Positions 47,110 through 57,309 are shown, counted from the first letter of the stretch. The stretch: DNA of 64,000 bases from Schlesneria paludicola DSM 18645 (GCA_945876035.1 CAMCMU010000022.1:7176-71175), one strand, 5' to 3'. The notes: generated from the letters alone by a model not told the origin. Made by a program: numbers and translations.

Positions 47110-48134
47110 CCACAAAAAAACTTTGGCCGCCTCAATTTGAGGCGTTTCTACAACACGTCGAGGAAACACAAATGTCGCGTCGCACCGTCTATTTCAGTGG
47201 CAAGTTTGTTCCGGAAACAGAAGCTCGTGTTTCGATTTTCGATTCGGCGCTCATGTTTGGCGATATGGCTTTTGAAATGACTCGGACATACAACCGCAAG
47301 CCCTTCAAGCTGCGCGAGCATTTGGAACGCCTCTACGGTTCCCTCAAACTGATGGAGATCCATTGTGGTTTGAGCATTGATGAGATGGAACGACTGACCC
47401 TGGAGACACTGGAGAGAAATCTGCCGACCGAGTCTGAAGATATGGACTGGCAGATCATGCACGATGTTTCCAGAGGCCCGATGGAAATCTATCGAACCTC
47501 TTTTCCTGAAGGAATCGGCCCGACGGTATCGATCAATTGCTGGCCACAGATCACCCATATGGGAGGCTTCGCATCGAAATACGTCAGTGGAGTGTCGCTC
47601 GTCATTCCCGCGCAGCAAACCCTCTCCGCACATCAGGTTGATCCCAAGGCCAAAACTCGCAGTCGCCTGCATTACCAAATGGCAAACCTTCAAGCAGCCC
47701 GAATGGGGGCGGGATCCTGGCCACTACTGCTTGACGTCGACGGCTTTCTTTCCGAAGGACCCGGCTGGAACGTCTTTTTAGTGCGTGATGGTGTGTTGTA
47801 CACCCCAGAGCCTCGGAACATTCTGCTCGGAGTCAGCCGGCGCACGATCTTCGATCTCGCCAAACAGCTTAAAATTCCTGTGCAAGAAACAAATCTAGGC
47901 CGATATGAAGCGCTCCAAGCCGATGAAATTTTTTGTTCCGCGACATCCTATGGGCTTGTCCATGCCGCGACATTTGAAGGCCAAAAGATTGGCGACGGTG
48001 GCGCGGGTCCCGTCTTTCGTCGATTGTTGGAGGAATGGAAAACGTTGGTCGGTGTTGATTTTGTGGCTCAAGCGCATGACTATGCCGCGCGTCTGCCAGC
48101 ATGGTTGGCGCAGCAGTCGTCATTGAATCGATAG
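47106..48134 (+). CDS. Class IV PLP aminotransferase (BCAT/D-AAT-like)
   Basis: ARVSIFDSALMFGDMAFE; LREHLERL; PLP Lys in AKTRSR; LSEGPGWNVF; ILLGVSR; ADEIF. ATGA overlap with the upstream gene. Confidence 0.9.
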   Translation: MTTKKLWPPQFEAFLQHVEETQMSRRTVYFSGKFVPETEARVSIFDSALMFGDMAFEMTRTYNRKPFKLREHLERLYGSLKLMEIHCGLSIDEMERLTLETLERNLPTESEDMDWQIMHDVSRGPMEIYRTSFPEGIGPTVSINCWPQITHMGGFASKYVSGVSLVIPAQQTLSAHQVDPKAKTRSRLHYQMANLQAARMGAGSWPLLLDVDGFLSEGPGWNVFLVRDGVLYTPEPRNILLGVSRRTIFDLAKQLKIPVQETNLGRYEALQADEIFCSATSYGLVHAATFEGQKIGDGGAGPVFRRLLEEWKTLVGVDFVAQAHDYAARLPAWLAQQSSLNR

Positions 48135-48171
48135 TCAACAGTTCTATTTTCTTGAGAGTGCCAGTCACATC

Positions 48172-49161
48172 ATGCAACTTCGTCCCCTTGGATCGAGTGG
48201 TCTGCTCGTATCACCTGTCTGCCTCGGTACGATGACCTATGGAACGCCTGTTGCCGAAGCAGACGCGATCCGGCTGACTCATGCGGCCATTGATTTGGGT
48301 ATTAATTTTATTGATACAGCCAATGCCTATGAGGGGTACGCACGCTATGTCGGAAGTGCCGGTGGAGCCGCCGAGGAGATTGTCGGTAAGGCGCTACGTG
48401 ACCGGCGTGATCAAGTCGTTCTGGCCACAAAGGTGGCCTGCCCTCTCGGACCAGGACCACAAGATCGGGGCTTGTCGTCCGTGCATATTCTGCGAGAATT
48501 GGACCGCAGCCTGAAGCGACTTCAAACAGATGTGATTGATCTGTACGTCATTCATTTTCCCGACAAACACGTTCCTCCGGAGGTGACTCTAAAGGCCATC
48601 GATATAGCAATCCAGCAGGGAAAAATTCGGTACTTTGGTGCCTCGAATCACGCGGCGTGGCAACTTTGCGAGCTGCTTTGGCTGGCCGACAAATCTCAGT
48701 TGACACGCCTCGTCTGTTCGCAAATTCCTTACAGCTTGCTGAGACGTGAATATCACAACGACCTCCCCTTTTGCCAAAAGCATGGTGTCGGCGTGACTCC
48801 CTATCAATCGCTTCAGGGAGGCCTGCTGACTGGAAAGTATCGAAGAGGTCAGACACCGCCGGCGGATTCTCGAGCGGCAGAAAAGCCGGAGTGGGTCTGG
48901 AAGCGGGATGACGCCCTGTACGACCGACTGGAAGCCATGGAAAACGTAGCGGCAGAAACGGAAATTTCGTTGTTCGAGTGTGCCTTGGCGTTCACGCTGG
49001 CGCAACCCGCGATGAGTTCCTTGATTGTGGGAGTCAAAACGGTCGAACAGCTGAACGCCGCGATCGCAGCCTCGAACGTGCAATTGACGAGCGAGCAATT
49101 GGCGAAACTCGATGCACTCTGCCCTCCACCATGGCGTCAATCCGATCCGATTCGAGGATAG
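48172..49161 (+). CDS. Aldo/keto reductase
   Basis: LGTMTYG; FIDTANAY; VVLATK; SLKRLQTDVIDLYVIH; GASN; LQGGLLTGKY; IVGVKTVEQL. Confidence 0.93.
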   Translation: MQLRPLGSSGLLVSPVCLGTMTYGTPVAEADAIRLTHAAIDLGINFIDTANAYEGYARYVGSAGGAAEEIVGKALRDRRDQVVLATKVACPLGPGPQDRGLSSVHILRELDRSLKRLQTDVIDLYVIHFPDKHVPPEVTLKAIDIAIQQGKIRYFGASNHAAWQLCELLWLADKSQLTRLVCSQIPYSLLRREYHNDLPFCQKHGVGVTPYQSLQGGLLTGKYRRGQTPPADSRAAEKPEWVWKRDDALYDRLEAMENVAAETEISLFECALAFTLAQPAMSSLIVGVKTVEQLNAAIAASNVQLTSEQLAKLDALCPPPWRQSDPIRG

Positions 49162-49163
49162 AA

Positions 49164-49197
49164 ACCCGTTCCGTCTGTTGTCCGGAGTGAACCGGGT
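49164..49197. terminator. Imperfect hairpin in the 37-bp gap between convergent genes
   Basis: acccg/cgggt, ttc/gaa and tccg/cgga pairings; no U-tract. Confidence 0.25.
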
Positions 49198-49198
49198 G

Positions 49199-50755
49199 CT
49201 AACGTGAATTCTCCTTGGGCGTTGTGTTGACCTCAGTCTTCAGTAGTTCCTTCATTTCTTCGACTATCTGCTTTGATTTATCGTCGTTCAAGTATTGTCT
49301 GATCAACTCCAACATGTCGTTACACAGACGCATGATGCGAGCCTCGCTTGCTCGATCTTTTCGAGCGATTGCCGCATTGACTGCAGGGACTCGAATCACG
49401 GCAAGCTTCTCTTCAAACGTCTTCACGCTCGGCAACTGTGGTATGCGGTCCAGTCCGGCGCGGACTTCTGTCCAATCACTTCGCCGTGCTGCAACTCGCA
49501 TCGAGGCAAAGTGTGTCGCCCGAATGGCCACTGCGTCGAGAAGTTGTTCTTGGAGCATCTGAACGTTGGCCTCAGCCGTCAACCGCGCCTCGTCGTCCGG
49601 AACATCCAAGCGAGTTTCGGCAATGCTTCCCTGTGCGAACGGAACGCGGGCCAAGAGATGCTTTCCGCTGTAGACAAACAGCCAGATCGTCGGCGTATCG
49701 CCGGCATTCGAAAGTTCCACCTGACCGCGTCGATCGGTGATCAACTCTTTTAACAGGTGTTCTCGGTGAGCCACGGAGTCGTCAGAATTGGGTATGAGCG
49801 AAGATTTTCGCACTTCGATCCGATGCGCTGCCAGCGGGATCGGTGGCTTTGTTTGAGCCATCAACTGCAGTCGAGTATTGAACCGATGTGGCCGCAGGCC
49901 CATCGCTAACGTTTCGACACGACCACGTTTCTTTCCACCGATCGGCGAACGCAGTCCGCTTTCCAAATGACAATTTGCATGGGATCCCTCCAATTCGGTG
50001 ACCGCTAGATACGTCCACGGGATTAACTGCAATTTTTCCAGTCGCTGCTCGCGGTTTCGAAATCCGATCACGGGCACAAAAAGATCATTCGGCCTGACCA
50101 GAGCGAGTGCCTCATCCAACACCGGTAGAGCACCGGCACGAAGCCGAACTCGTACGGCATCGCCCGCGACGTCTTCAACAATTCCGATTGGACGAAACAG
50201 CAAGTGACACAGCTTGAGTATTTCCAGAGCAAGATTACGCTGGTCGAGGACTACTTGGCCGACCGGTTCTGAGACGAATTGCATTTCCGGCTGCCACGAT
50301 CGCACATCAATTTGGTACCCCGGGTGTGCGGCCTGAAGCGATACCATAAACCAGACATCGATCCGCTCGCTCTGTTCCACGGCGATCCCCGCCCGTTGCA
50401 TCCATTGCTCCGGTGCCACTTGCATCAGCCCCCGCGCTCCCAGCGGGTCAACTCGAGTGGTTGTTTCGATTTGTAGGCTCCATGCTTCACCAATCAGCAG
50501 ACGCGCCAAGTTTCCAATCGGATTCGTTAGCGACGGTTGAGCGATCGATGCCTTCGCCGCCGAATCCATCGCGACAATCAAACGCACTTTATAGGGGCGC
50601 AGATCGTAAGCCAGATCCTCAAAAGGATCCTCCGCCTGAGCAGCCCGTGTGACGGCACCCAGTAGCAACGACAAGGCGAGCCACAGCCGCAGACTTGAGG
50701 TTTGTCCAGTCGTCGTTTTTCGTACTTGACGGATTTGGTATTTGTCGAGCCTCAA
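49199..50755 (-). CDS. Secreted hypothetical protein, last gene of the ExbBD-kinase cluster
   Basis: 518 aa; TTG start with GAGGGAG RBS, 21 bp after the upstream stop; signal peptide (LWLALSLLLGAVTRAAQA); beta-rich middle; helical C-terminus. Confidence 0.82.
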   Translation of the reverse strand: MRLDKYQIRQVRKTTTGQTSSLRLWLALSLLLGAVTRAAQAEDPFEDLAYDLRPYKVRLIVAMDSAAKASIAQPSLTNPIGNLARLLIGEAWSLQIETTTRVDPLGARGLMQVAPEQWMQRAGIAVEQSERIDVWFMVSLQAAHPGYQIDVRSWQPEMQFVSEPVGQVVLDQRNLALEILKLCHLLFRPIGIVEDVAGDAVRVRLRAGALPVLDEALALVRPNDLFVPVIGFRNREQRLEKLQLIPWTYLAVTELEGSHANCHLESGLRSPIGGKKRGRVETLAMGLRPHRFNTRLQLMAQTKPPIPLAAHRIEVRKSSLIPNSDDSVAHREHLLKELITDRRGQVELSNAGDTPTIWLFVYSGKHLLARVPFAQGSIAETRLDVPDDEARLTAEANVQMLQEQLLDAVAIRATHFASMRVAARRSDWTEVRAGLDRIPQLPSVKTFEEKLAVIRVPAVNAAIARKDRASEARIMRLCNDMLELIRQYLNDDKSKQIVEEMKELLKTEVNTTPKENSR

Positions 50756-50776
50756 TTGGAAATCTCCCTCATACCT

Positions 50777-53716
50777 CTAAGGTGTGTCCTGAGGATACCA
50801 AGACTGCAACGCCCATTGCTCGACATTGTCATAGGCATGCATCGGCTTGGCAGGCAGGCCGTAAAGATTTCGTCTCGCCACCAGAAATTCATCTACTTCC
50901 CACAAGGGAATGTAACGCGTCTCCGTCAGGAGATCGGCCATCAGTTTGTGCATTCGTTTAACCGCCGTCGGCCAATCCGTCGTGCGTTCGAGTTCGAGCA
51001 ACGAGTGTCGTGTTCGCTCGGGGAGCCCCTGAAGAGCCTCGACACCAGTGCCTGCTTGCAATGTCAGAAGTGGCCAGAGATCGACAATCGGTTCGACGAA
51101 ACTGGCGGTTCTGTAACAGAGATCCCACTCGTCGAGTGACTTGTCGTCGCTCGATTCGGAGTGATCGATCAAGGTGACATCCAGCCCGACTCTCTTCCAG
51201 TGCGGAATCATTGCTTGAACAATGGATCGCGAACTGAAATCCGCTGGACAACTGATTCGCAACGTGGGGAGAGTCCCTCCCAGATGCTTTTTGGCAGTGA
51301 ACGCGAGTGTTGCTGCCAACTGTGGATTGTAAACCGGTTGCTCAATCTGCTTGTTGTAACCGTAGAGGCGTGAGGAAAACGGGGCGGTGACGAGTCTCGC
51401 GTAGGATTCTGGGGCACCGATCAATACCACGTCTCGCAAGATCTTCTCTCGGGGAATTGCGTGGAGTAAGGCTCGACGCAATGCCCCGTCATGCAATGCG
51501 GCTGTTTTGGGTTGAAACACCAGAAAGTGCGACTTGGGTAACGCATAAGGCAGCACCACAAATTGGTTATCGCCCTGTAGAGCCTTCAGGTCATGGAGAT
51601 CGGCCAGAGGAAGCAGCGTCACTTCATCTCGCTGCAATCCCTGCAAGGCCTTCTCCCACGAGTCATATTTTACTTCAACGATCTGATCGATGAACCGTAG
51701 ACGCTCGCTTGTTGGCTGCTCGCGGACGCGGCGGTAGCGAGTCTGTCGATCGGTCTCGGACACAACAGAAAATCGCTGCAAGTCCGGAGCCGGATCTTGG
51801 TGTGTTAACGGCTTGGCCGTGAACGGGTCTTGCTGTACAGGGATGGCCATTTGCCAAAACGATTCAATACGCAACGGCAGTCGGTTGAAATAAAGCGTGA
51901 ACTCCGAGGGACTCTGTACTGAAATGCCGTCAACAAAACCGCTGAGACGTTCGTCGAAACGCGCGTTTTTCGGATCGAGTCGGGAGGACAAATCGGCATA
52001 GACGTCCGACGATGTGATTAACGGCCGTGATTCCCAAGACGCTCTTTTCAGATTCAGTTGAAAGCGGACGTGTCTGCCGAGATCCATCGGCTCCCATGTG
52101 TCAAAATACGCCGATTGATACCGCACATGTTGGTCGGGAATCCGGGATGGTTCGAATATTGTCGGAATGGAAATCAGCAGGCGGGCTCGTTCTTCGTTCG
52201 CCGTTTCAAACGGAGCCCCATTTGTCTTTTTGGATAAACCAAGAACGCCAACACGCACAATTTGGCATTTTTCGGTGAGCTGACGATGAACCTCCTTCAA
52301 GCCGGGTGTTTCTGGCCAAATCCGTGCAGCGCGATCAATGATTTCGAAGGCTTCTACATTGTCTCCGCGACGGGAGGCGTCTTTGGCCATCTCCATCGAG
52401 GCGGCTGTCAAGGCGAGCCATTCGTCAGTCCATTTCTTGACGACGGAATGATCGGGTTCGTAATTCGCAAGTCGATAAAGAAAATGCCTCGCCTGCCTGT
52501 ATTGCTTCCGTTCTACAAGCGATTCAATCAACTGATTGACCACCCGAGCCATTGGATTCACGACGCCGAGAAATTTTCTTTCCGGTGTCCAAATTTCGCC
52601 AAGCAAACGCAACGCACCTTCCAAGTCGTTGGCCCTTTCATGGGATTCGGCGTCTTTAAGTACGAGTTTCGCATAGACCTCTTCAAATTTGGGCCAGAAG
52701 GGAATCAGCACATCTTCCAACTGAGGTGGTGCGGGTCGCGGATAATCATTGGGCCGCACAAAGCGCAATGCCTTTCGCTTTGTTGCCAATTCCGTTTCCA
52801 ACTCTTTTATTTCGTTCGACAGTGGGCCGATAATACTGGAGATCTCGCCGGCGGCCTTGGCACCAAGATTGCCTTGCTTCTGCTCTGTTCGAAGCTGTTC
52901 TCGCTGAGCTTTCAATGCATCGAGTTCGGCGGCACTTGCTTTTTCGTCAGCCTCCAACTCGGCCTGAATGCGTTTGTTGTTCTCGAGGTGTCTCCGGTTC
53001 AGTAGAAGCATCAGATCGTAAGCCAAGGGCAATTGTTTTTCGTTGATCAATTGTTCCACACGGCGCAAGATCAGGTCTTCATAATAGACGACAAAGCGAA
53101 TTTTCTGGACGTCCAGTACATAGTCCGGATCGACGGTGTCGTCCAACACAGTGACCGCCAATTTTGCTGCGGCCTGCGTGGCTTTTTGCATTCGGTCTTT
53201 GGATGCCGCCAGCAGATCCTCTGGAATCTGTCGTCGTTCTTCCAAGCTCTGGCTTCGATCTCGCGAAAATTGTCGTTCGGCCTCCAATAATTGTGTGCGG
53301 TGGTAATTGCGCACGCGTGTGTAGGTGGCTTCCGCCTGTTTCTGTCGAAATGATAGACGGGCGATGGAATCAGGACGCGGCGAAATCGGTGCCACAAGAA
53401 GAACTTTTTCTGAAAGGAGCACCACCTCATCGAACGGCTTTCCTGTCAGCAACTCCTCCGCGGACGGCAGCGGCATTTCGTCGTACCGCGTGAGCGAGCT
53501 GTCGTCTTTGGGATCGTCCGCATGAGCCGGCAGATTCAGAAACTTGACCGTGAGAAGAAAATTCAATCCAAGGACAATCAGCAGATGTTTTTTTAGGATC
53601 CGTCGTGCCCGCAATCCGATTGGACGACGTCCATCGGTCGCCGCGGCCGCAGCACCAATCACGATCCCTTTCCGATGCGTTCTGCATACCGAATTATCTG
53701 CGTGCATACTCTTCAT
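50777..53716 (-). CDS. TPR/coiled-coil + family 5 extracellular solute-binding domain protein
   Basis: Signal/TM; long coiled coil; TPR-like helices; SBP_bac_5-like C-terminal half (ITSSDV, IDQIVEVKY, LRRALLHAIPREKI, WKRVGLDV, YIPLW). ATG 53716 overlaps the upstream TGA (ATGA). Confidence 0.85.
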   Translation of the reverse strand: MKSMHADNSVCRTHRKGIVIGAAAAATDGRRPIGLRARRILKKHLLIVLGLNFLLTVKFLNLPAHADDPKDDSSLTRYDEMPLPSAEELLTGKPFDEVVLLSEKVLLVAPISPRPDSIARLSFRQKQAEATYTRVRNYHRTQLLEAERQFSRDRSQSLEERRQIPEDLLAASKDRMQKATQAAAKLAVTVLDDTVDPDYVLDVQKIRFVVYYEDLILRRVEQLINEKQLPLAYDLMLLLNRRHLENNKRIQAELEADEKASAAELDALKAQREQLRTEQKQGNLGAKAAGEISSIIGPLSNEIKELETELATKRKALRFVRPNDYPRPAPPQLEDVLIPFWPKFEEVYAKLVLKDAESHERANDLEGALRLLGEIWTPERKFLGVVNPMARVVNQLIESLVERKQYRQARHFLYRLANYEPDHSVVKKWTDEWLALTAASMEMAKDASRRGDNVEAFEIIDRAARIWPETPGLKEVHRQLTEKCQIVRVGVLGLSKKTNGAPFETANEERARLLISIPTIFEPSRIPDQHVRYQSAYFDTWEPMDLGRHVRFQLNLKRASWESRPLITSSDVYADLSSRLDPKNARFDERLSGFVDGISVQSPSEFTLYFNRLPLRIESFWQMAIPVQQDPFTAKPLTHQDPAPDLQRFSVVSETDRQTRYRRVREQPTSERLRFIDQIVEVKYDSWEKALQGLQRDEVTLLPLADLHDLKALQGDNQFVVLPYALPKSHFLVFQPKTAALHDGALRRALLHAIPREKILRDVVLIGAPESYARLVTAPFSSRLYGYNKQIEQPVYNPQLAATLAFTAKKHLGGTLPTLRISCPADFSSRSIVQAMIPHWKRVGLDVTLIDHSESSDDKSLDEWDLCYRTASFVEPIVDLWPLLTLQAGTGVEALQGLPERTRHSLLELERTTDWPTAVKRMHKLMADLLTETRYIPLWEVDEFLVARRNLYGLPAKPMHAYDNVEQWALQSWYPQDTP

Positions 53717-56700
53717 GGCTGCGCCTTGGATTCCATTTGATACATGGTTCCATCGCATGCGATGGCGAACAAATGATCACCAATGATTTGCAATCCCAGA
53801 CTCAGCACCTGTGGCTGTTGTAGGCGTTGCAGTTCGTGACCATTCGCCATGTCGATCGCCAGCACCGTCCCGTCACGGCACGCCAGCCATAACTGGTCCT
53901 GCCACATGACCGGTGAACCGGCGGGCTGACGATTGGCGAGAGACAGCGACCAACGGACGGACAACTCTTTTCCGGCAGAGACCGCATGCAGAATGTCATC
54001 GCCGGACCACACCAGTTGACTGTTGCCGACCACCCACAGACTTCGAACAGGGGCCACGAACGTGCGCTCTCCCATCACGTCGAAAGAAGGAATTTTGAAC
54101 TGCCTGAGTGTTCCTGACGAATCCACGACGAACAACTCATCGCCATTCAACGCGGGATTCACATCGATGGGAACGTCCAACTGCAGCGTGGATATCTCCG
54201 CGAGGTACGGACGATCTCCCTTCCGCTTTTGAATGTGTCTCAGACGTCCCGTATCATCGCATGCGATCAGTTCATTCCCCGTGAGACGCAAAAGGTACCG
54301 CCAACGACTGGCCGTGTTTTGTTCGGTGGGAGCAATCCAGTCCTGAACAGCTTTGTTTGTCGAACCCAGAGGCGCCCATTTCAGTCGACCGGACAGAGGT
54401 AGAACCAGACCCTCATCGAGCAATACCGGCGGCGCTTCCACGGTATCGCCGTTCGCTAGAGTGATTGTGGAATCGGTCTGTCCGATGCGATTCAAAATCC
54501 AAATGGATGTCGATCCGCCCATGGCGATGACGGCAATTCGTCCGTCGTGCAGGCGGGATGCGAAGAGTGGCAAACGCATGTTCTTCGGAAGATCGAGTTC
54601 TGTTGCGGCCTTTAACTCAATGCCACCGTGTTTTAAGCGAGTGGCTCCAAGGGACACAATTTGACCGGCTTCGTTAACAATGATCGAGCTTTCGGGATCC
54701 CGCGAGACGGTAACTTCCAGAGGTTCGGCGCCGAGCACCGTGCGCCACGGGCTGAGCATTCGTTCACGATCGACGGCCGAAAAAATCACGGCGTCATGAA
54801 ACGACGCCTTGCGCCCGACAAAGAATTGTTGGCCAGAAATCTGCAACGGTTGACACGCGATTCCCTCGGCAGTGGCATTCGGATCCATGCGGATAGAATC
54901 GGCGGAAATATCAAAACGTCGAAATGCTGAACTGGCTGACCAGAGTTGCTGGTCAGGCCCTAACGCGACATACGTCGCGCCGCCGTATCCGCCTTTGACA
55001 CGGTATTGACCAATGGCCGTTAATTCCACACGCGTTGGCTCGTCCGTCACAGAAAATGCCGCGAGATGTTCGTTACTCGATGCGACGACTAACTGATTTC
55101 CCCGAATGACGGGCAGATCCCGCACCGTACCAACCACCCTTGATCCATTGAGTTCGGGCAGCGGCTGAGACGGTTTGTCGGCATCCCAAATGCGTAGGTG
55201 CGCACTGTCCGATTTGTCGTTCTCGCACAACAACAACAATCGTCCCATGCCGAGTGGCGAGGCTTCGATCGATCCCGCTGCGTGGTCCGTGAAGGTCATG
55301 GCGGCAGCGGCTAGCGGGCGAAGAGTGAGCGAATAAATCATGGCCATTTCACCAGGGATCAAAAGATGTTGAGCGTCATGTGACACGGCCGGTGGGCCAA
55401 TAACATCTTGCGAAAACCGAACTGTAGTCGTCAGTGTTCCTGAATCGAGTGCGATTCGATTCAGCAACCGGCCCTCAGTGGCAAGATAGATCTGCCCTTC
55501 TTGAACCAGTGGCGCGGAACGCGGTTTACCCGCCAATTGATGCCGCCATATCAGTTTGCCATTATCGGGCCGACAACAGAGAAGGGCCTGCCGCCGTGCG
55601 TCATGGATGAGTAGCGAGGGTTGAGCCCCCGTCGCGAGAATCGGGAAAAACCGCGTTTCGAAACCGACGATTCGACGCCAGATCGTTTCTCCCGTACCCG
55701 TATCGACGGCATAACAACAGTCCTTGGCGATGACGTACACGAATCGGTCTTGCGAAGTCTCTTCGGTTCTCAACCGCGTGTGAAACAGGCTCAGAGCGGA
55801 TGTCACCACTGATGCAGTGTCGTCATCCGTCTCCGCCGCGATTTCTGTGGCGTCGATAGCGATCACGGAACGTTCCAAATCGAGAGCTTTCTGCAGCACC
55901 TCTTTAACACGCTTTTGACTCGAAATCTCGGGGAATCTTCGGATTAGCTTCTCCCGCTCCGATAAGGCGGTCATCGGTTGGCCGGCGGCTAACGCGGCGT
56001 CCATCAGGGCCACCGCCGCTTCAAATGTCTTTTGTTTTTCGATCGCTTTTTCGGCAAGCTCTTTTGCTAATTTGATCCGAGTCAGCGTTCCAGTGGGGGG
56101 TGTCGTCGGTTCCGCATACCGCTCAAGAATTGCGCACGCCTCATCGGAGACAATCAGCAAATCGGCGTCGTGCGTTGACTCGGCAGACTTGGCGGAACCG
56201 AGTGAAATCTCCTCCCCAAACCTGAACAGTGCGGAATGAAGATCGGCGAAATCGGAGTCTTTTCGGTGGTTCGAAATGAGTAGCTTCAGCTTTTCCAAAC
56301 CCCGTTTCCAAGCCGGACTCCCGCCAGAGATCTCTTTCTGTACGAGTGTCTTGTCCAAACCTCGCTCAGCGAACCTGCGTAGCGAATGGCTGGAGTTTTT
56401 TTGAATAAACTCTTCAAACGACGCGATGGCCTGCGCATATTTTCCGTCAGTGGACTCGGCCACGGCGCGGTCATACAGCCGGAACGATTGTTCGCGACTA
56501 ATCAAAAACCAGAAGATGCCGGTCACGAGCAATAACAGCAACCCCAACGAGGCCAGTCCAATCACCAACGGAGATCGAACGATATCTTGCTCTCCGGGTC
56601 GCGCTCGTGTCGACATCGATTGAACACCGACAGCCACACGTTCTGCATCAGCAAACGCCGCTGCTGTTTTGTGTTTTTTGGGGGATTTTAACGCGTTCTG

Positions 56701-57309
56701 ATCGGTCCCGTCCAATTTTGTGTCCGGAATCTCTTGCGATTCGGCGACGACACGACCGTCGAACAAAGACAAATCTTCCACAGGCTTGGGCATCGATGCG
56801 GAGGACTTAAGGGCCTCCCAGGCGTCATCCTCCAACAAGATGTCTTCTGGAGGCTTACGTCTCGAGGGTGCGGGCGCCTTCGTTTTTGTTTCGAGGCCAC
56901 TCGCCGACACTTCCGGAATTTTTGGAACGGGTGGGATTTTCGTTGGGGACGACGCTTGCTGAGGCGGCGCCGCAAGTTCATATTTCGTCTCCGTGTCGTC
57001 CGACCGAGGATCTGCGGAGTGCGCAGCATCGATGTAGTCCAGATCGACACTACCCACGCGAATCACATCTCCCGGTGTGAGCATCATCCGAGCCACGCGG
57101 ACACCGTTGACCTCGACTCCCCGTTCTGATCCGGCGGCCACTTCAAATGCCGTTTTGTTCCAACTGACGCGACAGTGCATGGTCCCGACACCCTCTTCGT
57201 CGATGCTCACATCGTTAAAAGCCTGGCGGCCAATCGAGAGGGGTTGTCGACGTGACAATTCTCGAACTTCCACCGAACCGTTTGAAAAATGGAGTTTGAG
57301 TGAGGGCAT
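53713..57309 (-). CDS. FHA + TM + TPR + PQQ-like beta-propeller protein
   Basis: N-terminal FHA fold (LSIGR...MHCRV...VNG...LTPGDVIRVG); Pro/Lys-rich linker; one TM (LVIGLASLGLLLLLVTGIFWFLI); TPR helices; repeats such as VDTGTGETIWRR, PDNGKLIWRH, IDMANGHEL. Confidence 0.9.
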   Translation of the reverse strand: MPSLKLHFSNGSVEVRELSRRQPLSIGRQAFNDVSIDEEGVGTMHCRVSWNKTAFEVAAGSERGVEVNGVRVARMMLTPGDVIRVGSVDLDYIDAAHSADPRSDDTETKYELAAPPQQASSPTKIPPVPKIPEVSASGLETKTKAPAPSRRKPPEDILLEDDAWEALKSSASMPKPVEDLSLFDGRVVAESQEIPDTKLDGTDQNALKSPKKHKTAAAFADAERVAVGVQSMSTRARPGEQDIVRSPLVIGLASLGLLLLLVTGIFWFLISREQSFRLYDRAVAESTDGKYAQAIASFEEFIQKNSSHSLRRFAERGLDKTLVQKEISGGSPAWKRGLEKLKLLISNHRKDSDFADLHSALFRFGEEISLGSAKSAESTHDADLLIVSDEACAILERYAEPTTPPTGTLTRIKLAKELAEKAIEKQKTFEAAVALMDAALAAGQPMTALSEREKLIRRFPEISSQKRVKEVLQKALDLERSVIAIDATEIAAETDDDTASVVTSALSLFHTRLRTEETSQDRFVYVIAKDCCYAVDTGTGETIWRRIVGFETRFFPILATGAQPSLLIHDARRQALLCCRPDNGKLIWRHQLAGKPRSAPLVQEGQIYLATEGRLLNRIALDSGTLTTTVRFSQDVIGPPAVSHDAQHLLIPGEMAMIYSLTLRPLAAAAMTFTDHAAGSIEASPLGMGRLLLLCENDKSDSAHLRIWDADKPSQPLPELNGSRVVGTVRDLPVIRGNQLVVASSNEHLAAFSVTDEPTRVELTAIGQYRVKGGYGGATYVALGPDQQLWSASSAFRRFDISADSIRMDPNATAEGIACQPLQISGQQFFVGRKASFHDAVIFSAVDRERMLSPWRTVLGAEPLEVTVSRDPESSIIVNEAGQIVSLGATRLKHGGIELKAATELDLPKNMRLPLFASRLHDGRIAVIAMGGSTSIWILNRIGQTDSTITLANGDTVEAPPVLLDEGLVLPLSGRLKWAPLGSTNKAVQDWIAPTEQNTASRWRYLLRLTGNELIACDDTGRLRHIQKRKGDRPYLAEISTLQLDVPIDVNPALNGDELFVVDSSGTLRQFKIPSFDVMGERTFVAPVRSLWVVGNSQLVWSGDDILHAVSAGKELSVRWSLSLANRQPAGSPVMWQDQLWLACRDGTVLAIDMANGHELQRLQQPQVLSLGLQIIGDHLFAIACDGTMYQMESKAQP

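Noticed and set aside
52262-53005. 247-aa plus-strand ORF
   Set aside because: Antisense to the coiled-coil part of the SBP5 gene; its Phe-rich composition is the mirror of Lys/Glu codons.
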